A stretch of 64,000 bases of DNA from an uncultured Thiotrichaceae bacterium (GTDB lineage: Bacteria > Pseudomonadota > Gammaproteobacteria > SZUA-229), in the NCBI GenBank assembly GCA_964651445.1, contig CAZYYW010000001.1:173-64172 (forward strand), read 5' to 3'. The position numbers and the translations under genes are program-made. Positions 49,523 to 59,973 of this stretch are shown one piece after another (positions within the stretch are counted from its first letter, which is position 1; each line of letters starts with the position of its first letter). The notes beneath the pieces were generated by a model. It made no database searches. It had not been told where the DNA came from and saw only the letters and a program-made list of their open reading frames with translations.

Positions 49523-51967
49523 ATGCAAAACATCAACAATCGACCACATAAGAACAATATATTAATCGTCGATGACGATGCCACTATCCGCCTACTGATG
49601 AATGACGCATTAACAGATGACGCTTACAATATCACTGAGTCTGTCAATGGTTTTGATGCGTTAGCCTATATCGATAAAAATCACGTCGATCTTGTTCTTC
49701 TCGATGTCAATATGCCCGGTATGAATGGTTTTGAGGTGTGCACTCGTATCCGCCAATTACCCAATGGCGCTGACATTTCAATCGTAATGGTTACTGCACT
49801 TGAAGATGCCAGTTCCATTGCAAAATCTTATGATCTTGGTGCAACAGATTTTATTAGCAAGCCCATCAACTGGGATACCTTTCCTTATCGTATTCAATAC
49901 TTAATCAAAGCCAGAAACGCTATTGTAGAAGTAAAAAATCATAAGTCACACTTGGAATACATGGAGTTCATTTCCAGAATTATCACTCAAAATACAACCA
50001 AAGACAGCATTATGCAAGAGACCATGTTAGCAATGCTTGATATATTTTCAGCTGATCGCGCCGTGTTACTGCAGCCGAATAAAAATAAGACGGGGTCATA
50101 TACTGTCGATTTTGCAACCACTCGAAACTCCGTCAGTGGCAGCATGTTAACCACACTGGTAGCAGAACCTCTGGAAGATAACATCTTATATCGAGCTGAC
50201 CGTTCTGAATATCCGATATTTTCCAAATATAATATCGATAATCCTGCTCCAGATCAAAACAAAGCACTAAAGCAACAAATGATAACCAGCTTGAATTTAA
50301 AACAGGCGCAAAACTGGTACCTGATCATCCAGCAATACACAACCCAAGAAGACTGGACACCTCCGGAACATGAAACATTCTATAAGATTGGCTTGCGCAT
50401 AACCAACATGCTATCCCAACACTTATTGACTGAGGAACTTCGTCAAAGTGAAGAGCTACTTAAACAGTCACAAAAACTAGGTCACCTTGGAAACTGGCAT
50501 TGGAACCCGGTAACAAATAAACTGACATGGTCTGACGAAGTTTATAGAATATATAAATTAAAACGTGATAACCATGAGCCTGACTTTCAACAGTACTTCA
50601 AAATTAGCTTTGAAGAAGACACGACTCGTTTGGACCTAGTTAAGGAAATTCAAAACAAAACAAGCCATTCTTATCAAATAACCCATCGCATTCGAACAGC
50701 TGATAATGACATAAAATGGCTACACGAGCAGTGTCTAGGGGTTTACGAAAAATCAGGAGAACTAGTTGAAATTAGCGGCATTGTGCAAGATATAACCGAG
50801 TCTCACAATAAAAAAGAGCAGGAAGTACACGACAATAAAATGGATGCTATTGGACAATTGACCAGTGGCTTAGCCCATGATTTTGGTAATTTCATGACGG
50901 TTGCGCGAGGCAATCTCGAATTGCTGGAAGATATAATGCTCAATGAATACAAAGCTAAAAGCGATGATATGGAATTACTTGAGGATGCCTATTCAGCAGT
51001 AAATGACAGCGTGGAACTGATTAAACAACTGCTCGCCTTTTCACGTAAAAAGTCTATTTCTCCCGTTTACGTCAATGTTAAAGCGACCGTTGAAAAGTTT
51101 ACTAAATTATTTCAAAACACACTTGGCGACAGCATCAAGCTTTCAAGCAACATCGATAAAGATCTGTTTGATATTCTTGTTGATCCAACGCAATTTGAAA
51201 GTACACTGTTAAACATCATCATCAATGCACGCAACGCAATGCCTACTGGTGGCGAAGTTTCTATCAATGCTGAGATCCGAAAAACCGCACAATCACGTGA
51301 ACTTATCCGTAACGAAGATCACGATCTTGGTGACGAATGCATCTGTATATACATCAAGGATAATGGCAGTGGTATGAGTGAAGACGTTTTAAAACGCGCT
51401 ATAGAACCATTTTATACGACACAAACAAACCAGGGCACAGGTCTTGGGCTAAGCATGGTATATGGCTTTATAAAACAGTCTAAAGGCGAATTGATAATAC
51501 ATAGCCTACCGGATAAGGGTGCCACTATTTATATGCAATTCCCCATTTACCACGGCAAGGCTATTACAAACAAAGAAGAAATTGCAATCAACAAACTGCA
51601 ACATGCTAAAGCGATTATTCTTATCGTGGAGGATCGCCCTACCGTGAGGCAATTTGCCGTACGCTGTCTAAAGTACCCGGGCATTACCCTTTTAGAAGCA
51701 GACAATGCGCAGGCTGCACAGAAACTATTAAAATCCAAGAAGGTTGATTTGTTATTTACAGATATTTTAATGCCTGGAGAAATGGATGGACATGAGCTCG
51801 CCAACTGGGCAAATCAGAAATACCCGCAATTAAATATACTCTTAACCACCGCCATGGAAAATAAAACCAGTAACAAGATAGTTAGAAATCATCATTTTCA
51901 ACTACTGCCAAAACCTTATAGCAAAAGTGAACTGACAAATAGCATCTCTGGTTTTCTCGTCTCTTAA
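49523..51967 (+). CDS. hybrid histidine kinase: REC, GAF-like region, PAS, HisKA, HATPase, REC
   Basis: N-terminal REC (LVLLDVNMPGMNG); PAS (WHWNPVTNKLTWSDEVYRIY); H-box LTSGLAHDFGNFMTV; C-terminal REC (LLFTDILMPGEMDG). Confidence 0.85.
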   Translation: MQNINNRPHKNNILIVDDDATIRLLMNDALTDDAYNITESVNGFDALAYIDKNHVDLVLLDVNMPGMNGFEVCTRIRQLPNGADISIVMVTALEDASSIAKSYDLGATDFISKPINWDTFPYRIQYLIKARNAIVEVKNHKSHLEYMEFISRIITQNTTKDSIMQETMLAMLDIFSADRAVLLQPNKNKTGSYTVDFATTRNSVSGSMLTTLVAEPLEDNILYRADRSEYPIFSKYNIDNPAPDQNKALKQQMITSLNLKQAQNWYLIIQQYTTQEDWTPPEHETFYKIGLRITNMLSQHLLTEELRQSEELLKQSQKLGHLGNWHWNPVTNKLTWSDEVYRIYKLKRDNHEPDFQQYFKISFEEDTTRLDLVKEIQNKTSHSYQITHRIRTADNDIKWLHEQCLGVYEKSGELVEISGIVQDITESHNKKEQEVHDNKMDAIGQLTSGLAHDFGNFMTVARGNLELLEDIMLNEYKAKSDDMELLEDAYSAVNDSVELIKQLLAFSRKKSISPVYVNVKATVEKFTKLFQNTLGDSIKLSSNIDKDLFDILVDPTQFESTLLNIIINARNAMPTGGEVSINAEIRKTAQSRELIRNEDHDLGDECICIYIKDNGSGMSEDVLKRAIEPFYTTQTNQGTGLGLSMVYGFIKQSKGELIIHSLPDKGATIYMQFPIYHGKAITNKEEIAINKLQHAKAIILIVEDRPTVRQFAVRCLKYPGITLLEADNAQAAQKLLKSKKVDLLFTDILMPGEMDGHELANWANQKYPQLNILLTTAMENKTSNKIVRNHHFQLLPKPYSKSELTNSISGFLVS

Positions 51968-52211
51968 AAATGACCATTAGTAATGATCTCTTTTACAGCA
52001 GACTCACAACCACTTTATGTATATTACTTAAGTTGACAATTACATTACTTTACACAATAGACTTAATATAAAAGCCAAATTTTTGTCAGTTACACTATTA
52101 TAAACAATGTGAAATTGACACTAAATAGTAGGTAGCTGTAATGATGTTATTCAAAGTAGTAATTAATACCCTTCTGGATTCCCCTGTATCTCTACGAGTG
52201 GAGGTGAAATC

Positions 52212-53327
52212 ATGAACAACGCTGTACTACAAGACAACAGTATGCTGAATAATAAGCGACCTAAAGAATTGTTCCGAAGCTTGATCGGAAAAAGCCCGAC
52301 AATGCAGCGGGTACATAAAGACATACGGCAGGTGGCTAATAGCTCTGCCAATGTTTTAATTCTTGGCGAGTCAGGAACCGGAAAAGAAGTTGTCGCACGC
52401 AATATCCATTACTTTTCTGACCGTTGCAAAAATGCATTTGTGCCGGTTAACTGTGGCGCAATTCCTCACGAGTTATTGGAATCAGAGTTATTTGGTCACG
52501 AAAAAGGGGCTTTTACTGGTGCAATCACATCTCGTCCGGGGCGCTTTTCAATGGCGGAAGGTGGCACTCTATTTCTTGATGAAATAGGCGAGATGACTAT
52601 GGCAATGCAAGTGAAGCTGTTAAGAGTACTAGAAGAACGTGTGTTTGAACGTGTTGGCGGTACAAAAACTATTCATTCTAATGTCAGGATAATCGCTGCC
52701 ACTAATCGTAACCTTGAAGAAATGGTTAAACAGGGAAGCTTTCGTGAAGACCTCTATTTCAGATTAGATGTTTTCCCCATTCACTTACCGGTATTACGCG
52801 AGCGTATCGAAGACTTGCCATTGTTAATTAAAGAATTGGTTACTCGTCTTGAAACAACCAGTAATAACAGCGTTCGGTTCACTCAAAATGCGGTTGTAGG
52901 CATGTCCAAATATGATTGGCCTGGCAACGTGCGCGAACTAGCAAACCAGATCGAAAGAATGTCAATACAACACCCCAATGGCCTGGTTCATGAAAGTGAT
53001 TTACCCAACAGAATAAGAGCCAGTGCATCATCGACAAATAAAGGTTTACAGCCAGAGCAAATAGATGACTGCAACAGCCAACCACAATACAATCGACCTG
53101 TAGTTGTAGATGACGGACACTTTAATTTTCCAGTTGAAGGTTTTGATCTTAAGTCATACATTTCAAGCATCGAAGTGAAAATCATTCAAGATGCTCTTGA
53201 TGAGACGGGTGGTGTAGTCGCACATGCCGCAAAAACACTTGGCTTGCAGCGTACCACGCTTGCCGAAAAAATGCGAAAACATCATATCGACAAAAAGCCG
53301 GAAGCTTCTAGTCATAGTGTTTGTTAG
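52212..53327 (+). CDS. sigma54-dependent transcriptional activator of FleQ/FlrA type that lacks the N-terminal receiver-like domain (AAA+ plus Fis-type HTH only)
   Basis: Walker A GESGTGKE followed by VVARNIHY (FleQ-type post-Walker-A R-N); GAFTGA sigma54-contact motif; LFRS motif at the N-terminus; C-terminal HTH. Confidence 0.85.
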   Translation: MNNAVLQDNSMLNNKRPKELFRSLIGKSPTMQRVHKDIRQVANSSANVLILGESGTGKEVVARNIHYFSDRCKNAFVPVNCGAIPHELLESELFGHEKGAFTGAITSRPGRFSMAEGGTLFLDEIGEMTMAMQVKLLRVLEERVFERVGGTKTIHSNVRIIAATNRNLEEMVKQGSFREDLYFRLDVFPIHLPVLRERIEDLPLLIKELVTRLETTSNNSVRFTQNAVVGMSKYDWPGNVRELANQIERMSIQHPNGLVHESDLPNRIRASASSTNKGLQPEQIDDCNSQPQYNRPVVVDDGHFNFPVEGFDLKSYISSIEVKIIQDALDETGGVVAHAAKTLGLQRTTLAEKMRKHHIDKKPEASSHSVC

Positions 53328-53398
53328 TTATAAAAGTCAGTGCCCCTGTTTTATTTGAATACTTCAGCTAGCTGCTGTTGCTTTCACATTAACCATAA

Positions 53399-54352
53399 CT
53401 ACAGCGTGGCATCATCTACACCGACGCTATCTTGCTGAACAGTTACAGCCACTTCGCCTTGTTCTCCATCAATTTGTTTTTCCTCTGGATCATCAACGAT
53501 AATTTTGTTTGAATAATCCATCATAATTTCAACGCGGCGATTTTTAGCACGGCCGCTAAACGTTTCATTTGAAGCGATTGGCTGCGTATCGGCAAACGCG
53601 GATATTTCAAGTGTTTTATACCTTAACACCTCATCCTTCACTAGCTCATGTATGACACTGGCTGCTCGCGAAGATGATAATTCCCAGTTGGATCGAAAAC
53701 GATAAGTATTAATGGGAACATTATCCGTGTGACCGGCAACGATAACGACACCATCAAATTCACTAAAAACCTCACTAATTTTTGACACAACGACCTTGAA
53801 CGGCTCAATGACGTCAGCACTGCCTGAAGGAAACGAACCTTTCTCTCTGACTAAAAGGATAATTCTTTTTTCAGTAATTTTCATCTCGATCAAACCATGA
53901 CTAATTTCTTCCTCCAATGAAGCTTTCAATAGTTTACTGTCCCTGCGAATTCGTTCGATTATTTTTTTATCCTGCTCACTTAGTGTTGGTTTTGTCTCTT
54001 TACTCTCCTGCCCTTTTTCTGATGGGTCTGTAAACACAGGATGCCGCTTAGTTTCATCCGTTGTCATTTGTCGCACTTCATTAATCGGTGTTGGTTGTGG
54101 CCGCCCTGGACTAAACTCACGAGCAATAATATTAATGCCACGAGGTGATTCTTGTGCTTTGATTTCTCGCTGAACACCAAAGGCGTCTTTTAATGAACCA
54201 GCTAGTTCTTTATATATCGCAATATCCATTGAAGAAAAGGAAAACAGTAAGACAAAAAAAGCCAGTAACAATGACATCAAATCTGCAAATGTCATTACCC
54301 ATGCAGGTATACCGTCGGGACATTTATGCTCTTCTTCCAAAGCTTCACTCAT
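53399..54352 (-). CDS. motB: flagellar motor stator protein MotB/PomB family (OmpA-like C-terminus)
   Basis: N-terminal TM with conserved Asp (FADLMSLLLAFFVLL); OmpA-like peptidoglycan-binding C-terminal domain. Confidence 0.85.
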   Translation of the reverse strand: MSEALEEEHKCPDGIPAWVMTFADLMSLLLAFFVLLFSFSSMDIAIYKELAGSLKDAFGVQREIKAQESPRGINIIAREFSPGRPQPTPINEVRQMTTDETKRHPVFTDPSEKGQESKETKPTLSEQDKKIIERIRRDSKLLKASLEEEISHGLIEMKITEKRIILLVREKGSFPSGSADVIEPFKVVVSKISEVFSEFDGVVIVAGHTDNVPINTYRFRSNWELSSSRAASVIHELVKDEVLRYKTLEISAFADTQPIASNETFSGRAKNRRVEIMMDYSNKIIVDDPEEKQIDGEQGEVAVTVQQDSVGVDDATL

Positions 54353-54363
54353 AACACAAACCT

Positions 54364-55146
54364 TTAGGCGGCCGCTTTCTTGGCTTTAGCTTTTCCATTT
54401 TTTTCTGGCGGTAAATAAACACTCAGCAAACCTTCTATCATACGAGGATTCAAACCTTCCTGAATCGCGCTAATACTCTCCAAAATCATTGATTTGCTGG
54501 TACGTTCTTGTTTACTTCGCAATGCCAGTTTATCGGCAATAGGCAACGCAAAAACGGTCGCAATGACTGCACCATATAGAGTAGTCAGTAATGCAATCGC
54601 CATTGCAGGGCCAATAGATTTAGGATCGCTCATATTGGACATCATTTGCACCAGACCGATCAAGGTACCTATCATGCCCATTGCCGGCGCCACATCACCC
54701 ATTGCCTTAAAGATGTTCAAGCCAGCTTCATTACGTTCAATAGACATGGTGATTTCTTTAGAAAGGATTTTATTGACCAACTCAGGTGGGTTGCCATCAA
54801 CCACCATCGTTATGCCCTTGGCAAGAAACTCATTTTTGACTTCAACATTTTCCAGGCCGAGCAAGCCTTCCTTCCGGGCAACATTTGCTAGTTCCAAGCT
54901 CTGCTCAATAATTTCACTCGGAAGCTGAGCCTTATGAACAAAGGCTTTAAGAGCCACGCCAAAAGCACCGAGCATATCAGGCAGTGAAAACTTCATGGTA
55001 ACAATTGCAAACGTGCCGGCTATAACAATCAAGATACTCGGCCCATTGACAAACATGCCCATTTCACCGCCCATCATAATGGCTGCAATAATACAGCCTA
55101 TGGCAGTCAAAATACCGATAAGTGTTGCTAAATCCATACCTTTCAC
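54364..55146 (-). CDS. motA: flagellar motor stator protein MotA/PomA family
   Basis: 260 aa, 4 TM, MotA/TolQ/ExbB channel family; upstream of motB. Confidence 0.85.
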   Translation of the reverse strand: MKGMDLATLIGILTAIGCIIAAIMMGGEMGMFVNGPSILIVIAGTFAIVTMKFSLPDMLGAFGVALKAFVHKAQLPSEIIEQSLELANVARKEGLLGLENVEVKNEFLAKGITMVVDGNPPELVNKILSKEITMSIERNEAGLNIFKAMGDVAPAMGMIGTLIGLVQMMSNMSDPKSIGPAMAIALLTTLYGAVIATVFALPIADKLALRSKQERTSKSMILESISAIQEGLNPRMIEGLLSVYLPPEKNGKAKAKKAAA

Positions 55147-55445
55147 CTTGCTTATTGCACAATTTCGAATTTAAAATACACGCATGTTTTGCTTGCGCTG
55201 TCACATCCGGTTTCTTCTACTCTATTTAATCGGTCGCCACCGCAGAAGCTTTAGTAGAAATTTGATATGAATCCGCTTGAAACAAAGGATTTTAGTAATC
55301 GGTATCTCTACGGATGACAAGTCATTTGTAAACTTTTGTAAACATACAATAAACAAAGACTTATTTACTATACAGTCGATAAAATATTTGATATAAAGAA
55401 GCCGCTATATCTGCATTACAGCAAGTTAATTGCGCCATTTTTGAT

Positions 55446-56177
55446 TTGACTTTATTAAAGGAAATTATGAATAGTACTAAAATTTTGTTTATTGATGACG
55501 ACCAACGAATATGTCGCCTGGTTAAAAGATACCTGCAAAACAATCATATCGAGATGATTGCTGCCCACAATGCCAGAGATGCACTCAATCTCCTGCACGA
55601 CGACAGTATCACCTTAATACTGCTCGATATTATGCTACCGGATATGGACGGTCTTACGCTTGCACAAAAAATCCGTTTATCATCTGAAATACCCATAATT
55701 TTCCTCACCGCCAAAGCCGAGATCGAAAACAAAGTCATCGGGCTAGAAATTGGAGCCGACGATTACATTACCAAACCGTTTGAAGAAAAAGAACTGATTG
55801 CCCGAATACAAGCAGTGTTGCGCCGCACCCAAAATACAACAACTCATGACAACGACAAAACCAAGGCAAATTTTGCCGGTTGGTGCCTCAATTTACTTAG
55901 TCATACACTGCATTCGCCCGATGGCACAGTTGTAGACATCACCAGCACTGAGTATCGTCTGCTGACCAAGCTGGTCAACCGCTCAAATCGAATCATCAAA
56001 CGCGAAGAAATTTTACACATACTTTCTAACCGTGAATGGTCACCGCTGGATCGATCCGCAGATATGGCGATATCCAAATTACGCAAAAAAATCGAAAAAA
56101 ATCCACGCAGACCGGAAATCATCAAAACCATTCGCAACCACGGCTACCAGCTCACCGCTGCTGTGAACTTCAACTAG
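55446..56177 (+). CDS. OmpR/PhoB-family response regulator (REC plus winged-helix); orphan, divergent from motA
   Basis: REC (ILLDIMLPDMDG); C-terminal winged helix (IIKTIRNHGYQL). Confidence 0.85.
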   Translation: MTLLKEIMNSTKILFIDDDQRICRLVKRYLQNNHIEMIAAHNARDALNLLHDDSITLILLDIMLPDMDGLTLAQKIRLSSEIPIIFLTAKAEIENKVIGLEIGADDYITKPFEEKELIARIQAVLRRTQNTTTHDNDKTKANFAGWCLNLLSHTLHSPDGTVVDITSTEYRLLTKLVNRSNRIIKREEILHILSNREWSPLDRSADMAISKLRKKIEKNPRRPEIIKTIRNHGYQLTAAVNFN

Positions 56178-56246
56178 CAAGTCATTTTTTAACGGGGCTT
56201 TGCTTCTTGTTATCACGCCCAACTCAATACTTGCCCTATGCCTCTC

Positions 56247-57059
56247 TTATGTGTGACATATTTCTAGATGATTAGCACTGCGTTTCGCTGAAAAACGATG
56301 TGTTAACTGCTTTTCTCGCCAAATAAAACCAGATGCTTTTGGCACTGTATAACGCACCTCAAAGACATCAATATCATCGCAGCTATTTGCGCTGTAATTC
56401 ATCTGTAGCCTTGCCTGTTTCATAATGTGGATGTACTCATTGTCCGTTTCGATGGTATAAGACTGCAATACAGCGTTTTTATAATTATTACTCTGGGTAA
56501 ACATCCACAAATATTCAATAATCATTTTAACCTTATCGGCCGTTAATTCTGTCATGGTTATTCTGCCACGGTAATGCCCATCTTCATCATTGCGATCGAC
56601 ACCTGTTCGATCCAATACACTGGCTTTAAAAACGCGATGCATATTTATAAATTCAGGTAATGAGGGGTCGAATCGTGAGAACTGGAAATACAACAATGTC
56701 TCTTTATTAGCAGACAATTGCTGATACGAAACCTGGTGCTCTGCCGCTTTTTCAGACCAAGACATGGCTTCAATAAAATCATCACTGGCAAGATCATATG
56801 CTGTCATACCTGCTCTGGCAGAGACGGGTAACAGGCTAGTGTTTTTTACATGGCTAATCGAATAGAAAATATCTTGGTAATTGTTTTCTTTATAAAAATC
56901 ATCAGGAACTCGTTTATCAAAATACAACGCTCTGGCAGTGGCAAGATCTCCAGTCAAAGGCGCACTATTTTTATTGGTCACCGCAGTATCTTCTGAGCTG
57001 CTACAACCCGATAACAACTGTACGGCTATGACAAGCAATATTAGCCCGCTATATTGCAT
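56247..57059 (-). CDS. hypothetical lipoprotein (likely start MQYSG at 57059)
   Basis: Lipobox LLSGCSSS after a hydrophobic h-region. Confidence 0.5.
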   Translation of the reverse strand: MQYSGLILLVIAVQLLSGCSSSEDTAVTNKNSAPLTGDLATARALYFDKRVPDDFYKENNYQDIFYSISHVKNTSLLPVSARAGMTAYDLASDDFIEAMSWSEKAAEHQVSYQQLSANKETLLYFQFSRFDPSLPEFINMHRVFKASVLDRTGVDRNDEDGHYRGRITMTELTADKVKMIIEYLWMFTQSNNYKNAVLQSYTIETDNEYIHIMKQARLQMNYSANSCDDIDVFEVRYTVPKASGFIWREKQLTHRFSAKRSANHLEICHT

Positions 57060-57290
57060 GAACTGGAAGCGACCATTGGCCTCATCGTTACACATCAACA
57101 GGGGTTTACACATCGAGAGGGCTTTAATTATCATGCCGTATTTTTAATCTATTGAGTTTCATCACCCAATATATCGACGCGACACTATTTATCTTTAACC
57201 GCAGCACGACCATTCGTCGGAATGATAAATGGTCGTGCTGCGTTAATTAATTAACGCCAAGAGTATTTCTATTAGAGCTGCCTACAGCAA

Positions 57291-58130
57291 TTAGACAAGA
57301 AGGGATTGTCGCGCTTTTTCATACAATTGTTGATTTTCTTTAATTTGCAAAAGATTAACATCTGAATCCATGCCTAATCTAGAAAATGCGGGGACTAGGC
57401 ACCAATCATCAGGCGAATGCTCCTCAGCAACATAACCACCTTGTAATAATGCGACCTGTACTAAGTTAACCAGATTTGTGCCATCTTTCTGTTCATAGTC
57501 AAAGTTATGGCTTTCCTCGACCACTTCAATTAAATCATTGGAAAAGTTCCAACTGCGTAACATCAAAGCACCTATGCGACCTTGCAATGCATGGACAACG
57601 GATTTTAATTCTTTGGCGTCATTAAATAGCGCTTTATCATTGCCGGCAATAGCCAGCAAAGGCAAGGCACCAATGTTATGGATAAGACCAGCCAACAAGG
57701 CTTGTTCTCTGCGGATGCCACACATTGATGCCGTCATCATTTGGCAAATGGCTGCCACATTGACCGAAACACTCCATGTTTTCCTGAACTGTTTATCCAT
57801 AACCGGGGATGTTGGCTTAAAGATTTGTTTCATCGCAAGATTGGTAATTAAGTCCCTTACCATTTTCCCGCCGAGCCGAGTAACGGCTCTTTGCAAATCC
57901 TCAATAGGCACTTCACCGCGGTATAATGGGCTATTAACCACCTTCAGTAACCTTACCGATAAAGCTGCATCTTGGCTCAGGATATCAGCAATCTGTTCAG
58001 TTGTTGTCTCTTCGTGATCAACAGCTTCTCTTATTTTCAACGCGACTTCTGGCAGTGACGGTAGTATTATCCGATCTTCATTAATGGCTAGCTCTAGCTT
58101 ATTATAAAAGTCTTCATGTTCGACGCTCAT
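57291..58130 (-). CDS. HDOD-domain protein (paralog 1)
   Basis: LPSLPEVALKIREAV...LLKVVNSPLY; HNIGALPLL. Confidence 0.8.
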   Translation of the reverse strand: MSVEHEDFYNKLELAINEDRIILPSLPEVALKIREAVDHEETTTEQIADILSQDAALSVRLLKVVNSPLYRGEVPIEDLQRAVTRLGGKMVRDLITNLAMKQIFKPTSPVMDKQFRKTWSVSVNVAAICQMMTASMCGIRREQALLAGLIHNIGALPLLAIAGNDKALFNDAKELKSVVHALQGRIGALMLRSWNFSNDLIEVVEESHNFDYEQKDGTNLVNLVQVALLQGGYVAEEHSPDDWCLVPAFSRLGMDSDVNLLQIKENQQLYEKARQSLLV

Positions 58131-58258
58131 TTTAACTACTTATCCATCACATATTTTATGTTAAATAATACTGCTATTGATTGTATCGGCAGGTAAAAGC
58201 TATTATTTATTATAGCTTTATTATTTCAGGGTGAAGAAATTGGACGTTTCTTCTTTTA

Positions 58259-59101
58259 TCAAATCATCAACGATTGCCTGGCATCATTGAGCAGTTCCTC
58301 ATTTTCTTCTATATGAATAACATCTACTTCTGCATTCATGCCCAATTTTTCAAATGCTGGAATTGTAGACCAATCCTCCGGACACAGATCATTGGAGATA
58401 AAGCCACCCTGTAGCAAGGTAAACTGAACCAGATCAACCATATTCGCGCTGCCTTCATGCTCATATTTAAAGTTATGGCATTGGCTTACAACTTCAATCA
58501 ACTCGTCTGAAAAGTGCCAGTTTTCTAATATAATAGCGCCAACACGACCTTGTAATTCCTGAATAAGCTGATCCATCGCTTGCTGATCATGAAACAAATA
58601 ATCATCTTCCTCAGCCATCAATAGTATGGGTAATAAACCAATGTTATGCAGTAAACCTGCCAGTAAGGCCTGTTCTTTTTTAACGCCGACTTCCATCGTT
58701 GCCGCCATCATTTGACAGATGGCCGCTATGTCGACAGACGTTTTCCATGCCGATCTGAACTGTTTTTCCATCATCACGGATGTCGGTTGATACATTTGTT
58801 TCATGGAAAGATTGGTTACCAAGTCGCGCACCAAACTGCTGCCCATACGGGTAACAGCCATGTGTAAATCCTCAATCGGCATTCGGGTTCTATACAGAGG
58901 GCTGTTCACTATCTTCAATAAACGTGCAGACAGTGCACCATCCTGACTAAGAATGTCAGCAATTTGCCCACTTGTGGTGTCTTCTCTTTCAGCGACATCG
59001 CGTATTTTTAACGCCACATCAGGTAAAGAGGGTAATTCAATTCTATCTTCTTCGACGGCTTCTTGTAGCTTACTAAAAAACTGCTCAACGTCTGTACTCA
59101 T
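58259..59101 (-). CDS. HDOD-domain protein (paralog 2; likely start MSTDVEQFF at 59101, 9 nt after an AGGA RBS)
   Basis: LPSLPDVALKIRDVA...LLKIVNSPLY; HNIGLLPIL; collinear with paralog 1. Confidence 0.8.
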   Translation of the reverse strand: MSTDVEQFFSKLQEAVEEDRIELPSLPDVALKIRDVAEREDTTSGQIADILSQDGALSARLLKIVNSPLYRTRMPIEDLHMAVTRMGSSLVRDLVTNLSMKQMYQPTSVMMEKQFRSAWKTSVDIAAICQMMAATMEVGVKKEQALLAGLLHNIGLLPILLMAEEDDYLFHDQQAMDQLIQELQGRVGAIILENWHFSDELIEVVSQCHNFKYEHEGSANMVDLVQFTLLQGGFISNDLCPEDWSTIPAFEKLGMNAEVDVIHIEENEELLNDARQSLMI

Positions 59102-59217
59102 AACGGTTCTATCCTGTTTTGTTTTCTCATAAACTTGCCAAGCTATTGAAAGATACAAGTCGTTAATTAATCGACAGCATTTATATTTTCTTTAACAATA
59201 TTATTTTCTCGGTTTAA

Positions 59218-59973
59218 TCACGCAGTGATCTCTTGTTCAGTCCACTCGGTCATTCGTGCGCGAAGACGTAATAGAGCCTGGCCGTGTATCTGACAAACCC
59301 TCCCTTCGGTAATCCCCAGAATCTCACCTATTTCACGCAAGTTGAACTCCTCGTCGTAATACAGTGCCATTACCATTTTCTCTCGTTCAGGCAAATGCTC
59401 TATTTTATTAACCAGTCCTTGTTTAAAATCTGCTTCCTGTAATTCCTTTAGAGGGTTATTAAAGTCACAGCTTTTATATTCATCCGCACAGCCTCCAGCA
59501 GAGGCTATATCTTCGTAGCTTAATAATTGGCAGCCGGCGGCATCCTTTACCATACGATAATATTCTTCGATGCCAAGTTGCATATGTTCGGCAATTTCAC
59601 TGTCTGTAGCATGGCGGCCATGTTCACTTTCAATTTGTCGAATGGCTTCTGATAGCTCTCTTGATTTTTTATAAACAGAGCGTGGCGTCCAATCGCAACG
59701 CCGTACTTCATCAATCATTGAACCTTGAATTCGAATCCGAGCATAGGTTTCAAAACTTGCACCTTTACTCATATCATAGCCTTTTAAGGCTTCAAATAAC
59801 CCAATCATGCCAGTTTGCACGATGTCTTCCAATTGTATGCTAGAAGGTAATCGCGTAATCATATGGTAGGCAATACGTTTAACAAATGGTGCATATTCCG
59901 TCATCAATTCATCATAATTCGGTGCATCACCTGAGATAGAACCAACTTCAGCGTAACTGGACATCGATGCCAT
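59218..59973 (-). CDS. fliA: flagellar sigma factor FliA (sigma28)
   Basis: Sigma70 regions 2-4; stop overlaps the flhG start. Confidence 0.9.
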   Translation of the reverse strand: MASMSSYAEVGSISGDAPNYDELMTEYAPFVKRIAYHMITRLPSSIQLEDIVQTGMIGLFEALKGYDMSKGASFETYARIRIQGSMIDEVRRCDWTPRSVYKKSRELSEAIRQIESEHGRHATDSEIAEHMQLGIEEYYRMVKDAAGCQLLSYEDIASAGGCADEYKSCDFNNPLKELQEADFKQGLVNKIEHLPEREKMVMALYYDEEFNLREIGEILGITEGRVCQIHGQALLRLRARMTEWTEQEITA

